Source: an uncultured Planctomycetaceae bacterium
GTDB lineage: Bacteria > Planctomycetota > Planctomycetia > Planctomycetales > Planctomycetaceae
Length of the DNA stretch: 64,000 nt
Assembly: GCA_903896675.1 (NCBI GenBank)
Contig: CAITYU010000078.1
Span: 6,228-70,227 of the forward strand
Reading direction: 5' to 3'
The notes below the pieces were generated by a model. The model worked only from the letters and a program-made list of their open reading frames with translations. It ran no database searches and was not told where the DNA came from. This document shows positions 31,584 to 40,218 of this stretch, one piece after another. The position numbers were made by a program, and so were the translations under genes. The first letter of the stretch is position 1. Every line of letters starts with the position of its first letter.

Positions 31584-32419
31584 AACTTGATCAGGGAACC
31601 GCCGCACCAGTTACCCACCGCCCGCACTTTCCACCGGAAAGCCTCGCTAAACGCCAGCCTACGTTTCAGTTCCCGAAAACACTGCTGCTGCCCGCACTCA
31701 GATACATTGCACGCAGCAAAGATCGCGGCTGGCTGCCCGGCGTACCACTCAGGCGGCACATTGTGGTCTGTGGCTTCCCCAGAAGCGGCACAACACTCCT
31801 GCAACTCCTTCTCGAATCATGCACCCGAAATCTCGGTACATTCGGCCGGGAACGACGCGCTCTTGAGGCCGCTGCAGTCGCCAGACGGTCCCACGCCGTC
31901 ATACTTACCAAAAGACCCAAAGACATCTTCCTGATACCTGAAATCGCCGATTGGCATCGATCCAATGGCACCCAGGCACTGTTCATCCTGATGCATCGCG
32001 ACCCGCGAGCTGTACTCACATCCCGACACTTCTCGTCACCACAGAATTACTACCTCAAATGCTCCGACTGGCAACATTTCCATCAGCATTGGAAATGGTC
32101 CCTCCAACGCAGCGATGTCCTGTCAGTCAGCTACGAAGCCCTCACCTCCAGCCCCGCCGCAGTACAACAACTCATAAACAGCTTCGCCAGTCTCGATGCA
32201 GACTGCTGCTTCAGCGATTTTCTGTCGCGAGTGCCCCCGAACTTTGACCTGCGGGCCCTCAACGGACTGCGACAGACGGAAACCACACGCATCAACGCAT
32301 GGAAATTGCAGGAGCACGAACAGCGAATGATGCAGATTTCCAGAGAACTTCCGAATCTCCCCGAAATACTCGATGAAATGGGGTACAGCGAAACGCCGCA
32401 ACAGAATTCCGCAGCCTGA
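31580..32419 (+). CDS. Sulfotransferase (PAPS-dependent, Sulfotransfer_1/3-like)
   Basis: The 5'-PSB loop VVCGFPRSGTTLL and the 3'-PB-like HRDPRAVLTS are present. The ATG overlaps the upstream stop as ATGA (31580-31583). Confidence 0.8.
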   Translation: MKLDQGTAAPVTHRPHFPPESLAKRQPTFQFPKTLLLPALRYIARSKDRGWLPGVPLRRHIVVCGFPRSGTTLLQLLLESCTRNLGTFGRERRALEAAAVARRSHAVILTKRPKDIFLIPEIADWHRSNGTQALFILMHRDPRAVLTSRHFSSPQNYYLKCSDWQHFHQHWKWSLQRSDVLSVSYEALTSSPAAVQQLINSFASLDADCCFSDFLSRVPPNFDLRALNGLRQTETTRINAWKLQEHEQRMMQISRELPNLPEILDEMGYSETPQQNSAA

Positions 32420-32439
32420 AACTGACAAGGACAGCATCC

Positions 32440-33219
32440 GTGATCGTTTCGCACCGCTATCGATTCATCTTCCTGAAAACCGCCAAGACTGCAGGCACCA
32501 GCATCGAACTGGCACTCTCCAGATTTCTCGGACCCGATGATATCATTACCCCAGTGGCGGCTGATGATGAGTCCCTGAGAAAAAAACTCGGTGGAATCGG
32601 ACCACAGAATTATCAACTACCGCCCGAATCCACAAAACACTGGTTCAGCCGATTGCGACGGACCTTCAGCAAACCGGTCTTCTACAATCACATGCCGGCA
32701 ACAGAGGTACAGGCCCTCGTTGGAGAGAAGATCTGGCACACCTACTTCCGCTTCTGCGTGGAACGCAACCCCTTTGAGCGGGCCGTTTCACTGTACTACT
32801 GGTGCTGCCGAAAAGGACCGCGCCCCCCAATCAGCCAGTTCCTGCAGTCGCCGCAAATCGAACTGCTCACCAGACGCGGCATTCAAATCTACACGGCCAG
32901 CGACGGACAATGGCTTGTGGACCGAGTACTCCGCTACGAAAACCTCGAAACTGAACTGGAATCAGTCAGAGTGCAACTGGGGCTGCCGGAACCACTGCTG
33001 CTGCCAAACGCAAAAGGGGGACTGCGACCTGCAGAACAACACTACTCGGAACTGTTGAGCAGCGAAGATCGCATGATCATTGAACGCCGATTTCGCAGGG
33101 AAATGACGCTCTTTCAGTACGGTTGGGAGACAGGTGCTGACCTCAATCACCAACGGCATAAATCGCCCGATTCGATCGCAGAATCAAACGCCTGCCATGC
33201 ACTGCCGGTGTCGCATTGA
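32440..33219 (+). CDS. Sulfotransferase family 2 protein
   Basis: A GTG start gives IVSHRYRFIFLKTAKTAGTSIELAL (the F..KTAGTS motif), followed by VERNPFERAVSLYYW. Both are typical of the Sulfotransfer_2 family. Confidence 0.8.
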   Translation: MIVSHRYRFIFLKTAKTAGTSIELALSRFLGPDDIITPVAADDESLRKKLGGIGPQNYQLPPESTKHWFSRLRRTFSKPVFYNHMPATEVQALVGEKIWHTYFRFCVERNPFERAVSLYYWCCRKGPRPPISQFLQSPQIELLTRRGIQIYTASDGQWLVDRVLRYENLETELESVRVQLGLPEPLLLPNAKGGLRPAEQHYSELLSSEDRMIIERRFRREMTLFQYGWETGADLNHQRHKSPDSIAESNACHALPVSH

Positions 33220-34441
33220 AATCACTTTCGTCACCGGCAATACGATTCATCGCCAGCACCGAAAAACTGTCTTCCGCCGGAATAACCAGCGTGCCGTCTC
33301 GTCTCGTCGGAATATAAATCCTGCCTCCGGCAACGATCGGTGACGCATAAATCGGTCGCCCTCCGGTCCGAAGTTCCGGTATCCGCTCACGATAGACCGT
33401 TTCACCGGTCTCCGCCTTCAGACACCAGGCTATGCCCTGGTCGTCAGCCCAGTACAGACGCCCCTTGAAATGCACTGGAGTAGCCACGTATGAACTGGAT
33501 CGCGTCTGCCACCGCACATGAGTCTGCGTCACGTCCCCCTTTCCACCCGATCGCAGGCAGTAACTTCCGGAAGATCGAAAGCCACCGAACAGAAAAATGT
33601 CTGAACCCGCGACCACGGGACAGGGACACACATTCCCGGTCAACTGCGTCTCCGCGAACCACGCCAGCTTCCCGGTACGTGCGTTCAGCCCCCAAACCTC
33701 TCCCGGCACAGCCAGAATCAGCTCCGTGCGACCGTCCGCATACTTCAGCTGCGCTGGTGTCCCGTAGGCCAGCTCCAGTGCCGCAGCCTCCGCCTTCCAG
33801 ACTACTCTGCCGTCATCCCGGTGCAGCGCCAGAACCGCCCGCCCCTCCTCCGCTGCATTGATGATCACCAGTTCCTCAAACAGGGTCACACTCGCAGCCG
33901 AACCCCACTGGCGATTCGACGATTCCGAACCCACGCTGACCTGCCACAGCTTCCGACCATCCATGTCGCATGCCACCACTCCCGACTTCCCGAAAAACGC
34001 ATACACGGCTCGGCCGTCCGTCGCCGCCGAATTGCTGGCATAGCCATGCTCCATCAGGTAACCCTGGGCTGGATCCTCACGACTCGGCTCCGGAGCTTCC
34101 ATCGACCACAGCAGACTGCCCCTCAAAGCGTCCACACACAGCAGACTGCGACGTGGAAAACCACCCCTTGCAGCCGGAGCTTCGCTGCAGGTCACAAAGA
34201 TTCGATCTTCCCAAATGACCGGACTCGATGACCCCTCGCCCGGAAGATCCAGCTTCCAGGCAAGCCCCTCCGACTCGCTCCAGCGTATCGGCAAACCCTC
34301 AGCCGCACTCAGACCACTCCCATTCTCGCCACGAAAACGAGCCCATTCCTGAGCTTTAAGATCAGACTGCAGCCTGACTGCCCAACCACAGATGATGACG
34401 GCACCAAACAGCATCAATCGAAGACATCTGGTCGCTCTCAT
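33143..34441 (-). CDS. Secreted PQQ-like (BamB-like) beta-propeller repeat protein
   Basis: ATG at 34441 gives a signal peptide (MRATRCLRLMLFGAVIICGWAV). Repeats such as SSPVIWEDRIFV, LWS..., GRAVYAFFG and KLWQV recur, and the protein ends GRRLILRSNRAIYAVGD, a typical last propeller strand. Confidence 0.85.
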   Translation of the reverse strand: MRATRCLRLMLFGAVIICGWAVRLQSDLKAQEWARFRGENGSGLSAAEGLPIRWSESEGLAWKLDLPGEGSSSPVIWEDRIFVTCSEAPAARGGFPRRSLLCVDALRGSLLWSMEAPEPSREDPAQGYLMEHGYASNSAATDGRAVYAFFGKSGVVACDMDGRKLWQVSVGSESSNRQWGSAASVTLFEELVIINAAEEGRAVLALHRDDGRVVWKAEAAALELAYGTPAQLKYADGRTELILAVPGEVWGLNARTGKLAWFAETQLTGNVCPCPVVAGSDIFLFGGFRSSGSYCLRSGGKGDVTQTHVRWQTRSSSYVATPVHFKGRLYWADDQGIAWCLKAETGETVYRERIPELRTGGRPIYASPIVAGGRIYIPTRRDGTLVIPAEDSFSVLAMNRIAGDESDFNATPAVHGRRLILRSNRAIYAVGD

Positions 34442-34666
34442 TGACTTCGCCCCTCGCCGTTCAAATACACCCCGCGCACACACCTGATCGTTCAGCACAA
34501 TTGTACAAACGCTGCCTTAAGCTCCAATGAAGAGACTCGGCCTGCTGCAATTTCAGCTTACCACACTGTCACCCGCAGTCCGGAGTTGCAACTCCCGCCT
34601 CTTTCGCGGAAAACGTCCGGATCCGCAACCGCAGAACCGGATCCGAAATCCGCACTGGAGCTCCAC

Positions 34667-37600
34667 GTGAAAATAAACAGCCCCTTGACCCTGCTGGCAC
34701 TCCTCATCCCGTACTGCTGCAGTGCCGCAGAAATCTCCACCAAAGGCGTCGCCGGAAACGCTGCAGTCGACATCACACCCACAGAACCAGTTCGATTAAA
34801 TGGATTTGGAGGACGGAAGCTGGAATCCGAGGGGATCCGACAGAGACTGTTCGCACGTGCTCTCGCCTTCGGAAACACTCCCGAAAACACCACCATCATC
34901 CTTACCGTTGACACTCTCGGAATTCCCGACGATCTGGCCGCACGCGTCTGGCAGAGAATCCACCGGCAGATCGGAATCAAACGCGAAAACCTTGCACTCT
35001 GCGCCACCCACACACACAGTGCCCCGATGATTGTCGGCTGCGCAAACACCCTGTTCGGAGCCGCCATACCAAATGACCAGTGGTCCCGTATCGTCTCATA
35101 CACAGCCTTCCTCGAAGACCGGCTCGTCGAAGCTGCAGTCAGCGCATTTCACAGTCAGCGTCCGGCTCGTCTGTCGTGGGGAACGGGGTCGGCTGCCTTC
35201 GCCGAAAATCGCAGAACACCCCGCGGCCCGGTGGATCACCGCCTGCCAATTCTTGCTGTGCACTCTCCGGACGGCACCCTGCAGGCGGTTCTGATCTCGT
35301 ACGCCTGCCACTGCGTCACCCTGAGTGACAATCTGATCAGCGGCGACTGGGCGGGATACGCGGCCGAACACCTGCAGCGGATGTACCCATCCTGCCAGCC
35401 ACTCATCGCCATCGGCTGCGGAGCCGATTCCAACCCTCGCGGTGGTGTGCTCGGTGATCGGGCTGATGTGGCAGACAGTCTGGGTCTGGAACTGGCTCAG
35501 GCCGTTCACAATACAATTCAAAAAGGGCTGCAACCGCTGCCCGCGGAATGCACTTCGGCACTCCAGCGAATTACTCTGCCGCTCGCCCCCCTGCCTGACC
35601 GCAGCGAATGGGAAAAAAGGGCTGCTGCTGACAATGCCATCGGTTATCACGCCCGGGTTCAGCTCCAGAGACTCAATGCCGGACAGACACTCGCCTCCGA
35701 AATCTCGGTTCCCATCCAGACACTTCGCTTCGATGATCAGTTCGCCATGGTCTTCCTGCCCGGAGAGGTCGTTGCTGACTATTCACTGCGTCTGAGCCGG
35801 GAGTTGCCGAACACCAGCCTGTGGGTGGCAGCCTACGCCAACGCCTGCCCGGGATATGTACCTTCAGAACGAGTGCTTCAGGAAGGTGGCTACGAAGGTG
35901 GTGGAGCAATGGTCTACTACGATATCCCCGGGCCATGGGCTCCCGGACTTGAAGAACAAATCATTGTCGCCACCGGAAAACTGCTCGCAGGCCCCGGCTT
36001 CACAACAGGAACGCAGCAGCACGACAACTCCCGCACCGGCGGGACTGCACCACTCGAGCCGCTGCAGGCACTGCACACCCTGAAACCTGCCCCCGGACTC
36101 ACCGCCGAACTGGTCGCCTCAGAACCACTCATCCAGAGCCCTGTAGCCATCGCCTTCGGACCCGACGGTTGCATCTGGGTCGCAGAAATGCGCGACTACC
36201 CTCAGGGCGGACCCGGACCCGAAATCTCCGGCACCATCCGTCGATTGACCGATACTGACGGTGACGGAAAACCTGATAGGTCTGATGTGTTCCTCGAAGG
36301 GCTGCCCTTGCCCACCGGTGTCACCGTGTGGCGCGATGGGCTGCTGATCTGTGCCGCACCCGACATCCTGCTGGCTCGCGACCGTGATCAGGATGGTCGT
36401 GCTGACGATGTCGAAAAATTATGGACTGGCTTTGCCACACATAACTACCAGGCGCGAGTCAACAGCCTCGAGTACGGACTTGACGGATGGGTTTACGGAA
36501 GCTGCGGCCTGTTCGGTGGCAGCATTACCTGCCAGCGCACAGGCCGAGTTGTCGAACTTGGACAGCGAGACTTCCGCTGCAACCCCGATAGTGGTGAGCT
36601 TGAGCCGGCTTCCGGATCCACCCAGCAGGGACGAGCACGCAATGATTACGGCGACTGGTTCGGCTGTGACAACACTGAGCCGCTGCTGCATTATCCGCTG
36701 CAGGATCACTACCTGCGCCGCAACCCCGGACTGGCAGCCGAACGCACCGTCGTCAGCCTCCTCGCAGAACCACGGCCAGGACAGCTCTACCCTGTCTCCA
36801 GCCAGACTCTGTTTGCACTCTCCGGCCCCCCCGGACGGGCCACTGCAGCCTGCGGATTGGGAATCTGCCGCGATCCACTCGAAGCCGAAAATACACTCGG
36901 AAGCGCGCTGACCTGCGAACCCGTCAATAATCTGATTTACCGACAGATCCTGACCCGGACGGGGTCCACATTCCGCAGCCACCGTCCGGAAGCGGAAACT
37001 CAACAGGAATATCTCGCCTCTACAGACCCATGGTTCCGACCCGTTCAGGCCCGCACCGGTCCTGATGGAGCGATCTGGATTGTGGACATGTATCGCTTCG
37101 TGATTGAACACCCCATCTGGATCCCCCCCGCAACACTGGCCGAACTGGACACCCGTGCCGGTGCCGATCGCGGACGCCTCTACCGAATACGACCGCAGAA
37201 TTCCTCACTGCGAACCGTACCGAAACTCAGTCAGTTGCACGGACCACAACTCGCCGCCGCCATGAATACCCCCAATGGCACCGTTCGTGACCTCGTACAG
37301 CAGTTGATTCTCTGGAATAATGACCCATCCGCCACCCCGACACTCAGCAAACTGCTGCAGGCACCATTGCCGGAAGTACGCCTGCAGGCCGCCTGCACAC
37401 TCGCCGGCCTCAGACAGCTCGATCAACAAACTGCAATCCGGCTCCTGCAGGACCCCCACCCACAGGTTCGCAGACACGCCGTCCGTCTGTGCGAGCAATG
37501 GTTGCCGGAATCAGCACCAACAGCCGACGCGGTAACCGCACTTCGCAGCGATCGAACAGACGCCGTCCGCATGCAGCTTGCCTGCACTGCCGGTATGCTG

Positions 37601-40138
37601 CCCCCCAGCCATGCCGGAACTGTCCTCGCAGATCTGCTCAGCGATTCCCAAAGCGATGCCTTTCTGCTGACTGCAGCACGCAGTTCCCTGAACACGGACA
37701 ATATCCTGCAGGTTCTGCAGTCCCTCAGTCAGGCCGAAAAAACGATTCCCCGAGAACTGCTGCTGCAGGCTGTCGCCATTACCCACGACAGCGCCGCTGA
37801 ACGACTGCTCAACGACGCACTGCTGAACGCTCACCACACCCCTTCCGCCTCGCTCCTCATGGAGGCCACATGCGCATTGCAGGGCTGGAGGCAACGCAGG
37901 CAGACGCTGCCAGAGAAACAGCAGAACACACTGCTGCAACTGCTGCTGCAGATCAATCACCCTGACAGAGTTTCCTCAGCCAGTACGGAAGATCGGATCG
38001 CCGCCGCCCGCCTGCTGGGGATCGCTACCGCATTCGACAGCAGCGCCGAACAGTTTCTGCTGCAGATGCTGACTCCGCAGAGCCCCCTGCCCCTCCAGCT
38101 CGCTGCCGCAGACGAACTACTCGCCGGCGGCCGATCAGAACCTGCCGGAACACTCCTCAGCAGATGGGACTCAATGTCCCCGGAGATTCGCTCAAAACTG
38201 CTCGCCGGATTCCTGCAGCGGGACGAATGGATCCTCGCACTGCTCGATGCCTTCCGACAGAAACAACTCAACCCCGGCGATTTAACCATCCTTCAGAAAC
38301 AGCAGTTGCTCAGCCACAACAGCGACATAATCCGACAGACTGCAGTCGCACTCCTTGAACTGCCAGCAACAGAAAACCGCTCGCAACTGATCCGACGATT
38401 CTCCGAGAATCTGAATACGCCGGGTGATCCGGCCATCGGCACAATTCTCTTTCGAAAACACTGCTCCGCCTGCCACAGAATCCGCGACACGGGAAACGAA
38501 GTTGGCCCCGACATCAGTACCTGGGGCGCACGACCCGCTGAAGCCCTGCTGCAGGCCGTTCTTGACCCCAATCTCGCAGTTGACCCCCGCTATCAGGGTT
38601 ACACCATACTTCTGAATGACGGACGTACCCTCAACGGACTGATTCGCGACGAAACGGACAACAGCTTCACACTGCTCTCCGCAGAAGGCAGAACCAGCCT
38701 GATCCTCAGATCTGATGTCGAGATGATTCGCAGCACGGGAAAATCACTGATGCCCGAAGGCCTCGAACAGAACCTCACCCCCGCAGACCTCAGCCACCTC
38801 CACGCATGGCTCCGCACACTCCGAAAAGCTCCGCGCACATTCCCCGGAAATCAACCACGGATTGTCAGCATCGCAGCCTCAGGAAACACAGCACTCACCG
38901 CCGCTGCCGCCGAAATCAACGGCGATGAAATTGCCTTCGAACTGCCGTTCCAGAATGCCGGATTCTGGCACGGTCCCGCTGACTACCTTCGCTGGCAAAT
39001 ACAGACTCCGGCCGCAAAAGAATTCACCCTCTGGGCCGAATGGGCCTGCCACCCCGATTCCGCCGGCAACCCGTTCCGCATCGAAACGTCTGCCACCACA
39101 CTCACAGGACGCGTGCAGTCCACTGGCGGTTGGGACCGCTACCAACTGCAGCGACTGGGCAACGTTCTCATTCCCGCTGGTCTCAGCGAATTGATCGTCC
39201 GCCCCGAAACAGATCCCCGCAATGCACTCGCCGATCTCCGCGCAATCCATCTCGTGGAAGGTGATGGAGTCCCGCTTGCCCGCGGAATGACCGCAGCCGC
39301 CACTCCACTACCCGATACTCCCAGCGGACTTGCCGCGTGGCTGCTGAATGACAGCCTGACGGAATCTGATCGAACTGCCGCCGTGCCCGTTGCACTCGCT
39401 CAGGCTGATCGCATCCTGCCACTCATGATCGAAGGACTTCCCCACAACCCCGGCTCCCCCGAAGAATACCGCAGGATCCCGTGGATCTGGAGACTTTCAA
39501 TCGCCGTCGCAAAAAGCAACGATGCCAAACTGATCCACTCCACCCTCAAACACTCTCTCCCCACTGCCGAGAAACAACTGCAGCACTGGCAGGCTGTGGT
39601 CATCGGAGGTGGACTGATCAACGGAGTTTCTCAAAACGGTCACTGGCCACATGAAATCTTTGCCGACAGCAGCTTCCAGTCCCCCGAACTGCTCGATCGC
39701 TGGCAACACGCACTTCAACTGGCCAGAACCATGGTCCTCGATGAAAACGTCCCCACCGGGACACGCTATGATGCCCTGCGAATGCTCGCACTCCTGCCGC
39801 CACCACAGGCACTGCAGGACCTGCGACCATGGCTGAATCCCACTACGCATCCGGAACTGCAGATGGGCGCCGTCAGCGCACTCGGCGATGTTCCCGACCC
39901 ACAGGCTGCCAACGACCTGATCGCTCACTGGGCCGGAATGACCCCCGACAATCAGCAGCTCGCTGCTGCAGCACTGACCCGCAATCCAGAACGCTGCCAA
40001 ATACTGCTGAAAGCCGTCGAAACCGGCACCCTGCCCGCAGAAATCCAAAGCCACAGCGCTGTCCAGGCACTGCGGGAGCACAGCGACAATTCAGTCCGCG
40101 AAACAGCCCGTCGAGTGTTGCAGCCGAACGGAAACTGA
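34667..40138 (+). CDS. Giant multidomain protein: ceramidase-like N-domain, PVC-type membrane-bound-dehydrogenase-like propeller, HEAT repeats, c-type cytochrome, CBM-like module, more HEAT repeats
   Basis: GTG at 34667 gives the signal peptide VKINSPLTLLALLIPYCCSAAE. AAVDITPTEPVRLNGFGGR...CATHTHSAP is neutral-ceramidase N-domain-like. PVAIAFGPDGCIWVAEMRDYPQG is the PVC dehydrogenase-domain motif. HPQVRRHAVRL-type HEAT repeats follow. The haem site CSACH is encoded at 38462-38476. The longest ORF starts at TTG 34586. Confidence 0.9.
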   Translation: MKINSPLTLLALLIPYCCSAAEISTKGVAGNAAVDITPTEPVRLNGFGGRKLESEGIRQRLFARALAFGNTPENTTIILTVDTLGIPDDLAARVWQRIHRQIGIKRENLALCATHTHSAPMIVGCANTLFGAAIPNDQWSRIVSYTAFLEDRLVEAAVSAFHSQRPARLSWGTGSAAFAENRRTPRGPVDHRLPILAVHSPDGTLQAVLISYACHCVTLSDNLISGDWAGYAAEHLQRMYPSCQPLIAIGCGADSNPRGGVLGDRADVADSLGLELAQAVHNTIQKGLQPLPAECTSALQRITLPLAPLPDRSEWEKRAAADNAIGYHARVQLQRLNAGQTLASEISVPIQTLRFDDQFAMVFLPGEVVADYSLRLSRELPNTSLWVAAYANACPGYVPSERVLQEGGYEGGGAMVYYDIPGPWAPGLEEQIIVATGKLLAGPGFTTGTQQHDNSRTGGTAPLEPLQALHTLKPAPGLTAELVASEPLIQSPVAIAFGPDGCIWVAEMRDYPQGGPGPEISGTIRRLTDTDGDGKPDRSDVFLEGLPLPTGVTVWRDGLLICAAPDILLARDRDQDGRADDVEKLWTGFATHNYQARVNSLEYGLDGWVYGSCGLFGGSITCQRTGRVVELGQRDFRCNPDSGELEPASGSTQQGRARNDYGDWFGCDNTEPLLHYPLQDHYLRRNPGLAAERTVVSLLAEPRPGQLYPVSSQTLFALSGPPGRATAACGLGICRDPLEAENTLGSALTCEPVNNLIYRQILTRTGSTFRSHRPEAETQQEYLASTDPWFRPVQARTGPDGAIWIVDMYRFVIEHPIWIPPATLAELDTRAGADRGRLYRIRPQNSSLRTVPKLSQLHGPQLAAAMNTPNGTVRDLVQQLILWNNDPSATPTLSKLLQAPLPEVRLQAACTLAGLRQLDQQTAIRLLQDPHPQVRRHAVRLCEQWLPESAPTADAVTALRSDRTDAVRMQLACTAGMLPPSHAGTVLADLLSDSQSDAFLLTAARSSLNTDNILQVLQSLSQAEKTIPRELLLQAVAITHDSAAERLLNDALLNAHHTPSASLLMEATCALQGWRQRRQTLPEKQQNTLLQLLLQINHPDRVSSASTEDRIAAARLLGIATAFDSSAEQFLLQMLTPQSPLPLQLAAADELLAGGRSEPAGTLLSRWDSMSPEIRSKLLAGFLQRDEWILALLDAFRQKQLNPGDLTILQKQQLLSHNSDIIRQTAVALLELPATENRSQLIRRFSENLNTPGDPAIGTILFRKHCSACHRIRDTGNEVGPDISTWGARPAEALLQAVLDPNLAVDPRYQGYTILLNDGRTLNGLIRDETDNSFTLLSAEGRTSLILRSDVEMIRSTGKSLMPEGLEQNLTPADLSHLHAWLRTLRKAPRTFPGNQPRIVSIAASGNTALTAAAAEINGDEIAFELPFQNAGFWHGPADYLRWQIQTPAAKEFTLWAEWACHPDSAGNPFRIETSATTLTGRVQSTGGWDRYQLQRLGNVLIPAGLSELIVRPETDPRNALADLRAIHLVEGDGVPLARGMTAAATPLPDTPSGLAAWLLNDSLTESDRTAAVPVALAQADRILPLMIEGLPHNPGSPEEYRRIPWIWRLSIAVAKSNDAKLIHSTLKHSLPTAEKQLQHWQAVVIGGGLINGVSQNGHWPHEIFADSSFQSPELLDRWQHALQLARTMVLDENVPTGTRYDALRMLALLPPPQALQDLRPWLNPTTHPELQMGAVSALGDVPDPQAANDLIAHWAGMTPDNQQLAAAALTRNPERCQILLKAVETGTLPAEIQSHSAVQALREHSDNSVRETARRVLQPNGN

Positions 40139-40162
40139 CACTGCCTTCACACAACACAAAAC

Positions 40163-40189
40163 CGACCGCCGGGCACAGCCCGACGGTCG
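40163..40189. terminator. Bidirectional intrinsic terminator between convergent genes
   Basis: CGACCGCCGGGC-aca-GCCCGACGGTCG forms a 12-bp GC-rich stem with one mismatch and a 3-nt loop. It is followed by ATTT on the + strand and by GGTTTTGTGTT on the - strand. It lies between the stop at 40138 (+) and the stop at 40219 (-). Confidence 0.6.
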
Positions 40190-40218
40190 ATTTGAGTTAC
40201 AGGGATGACAGCACCGCG

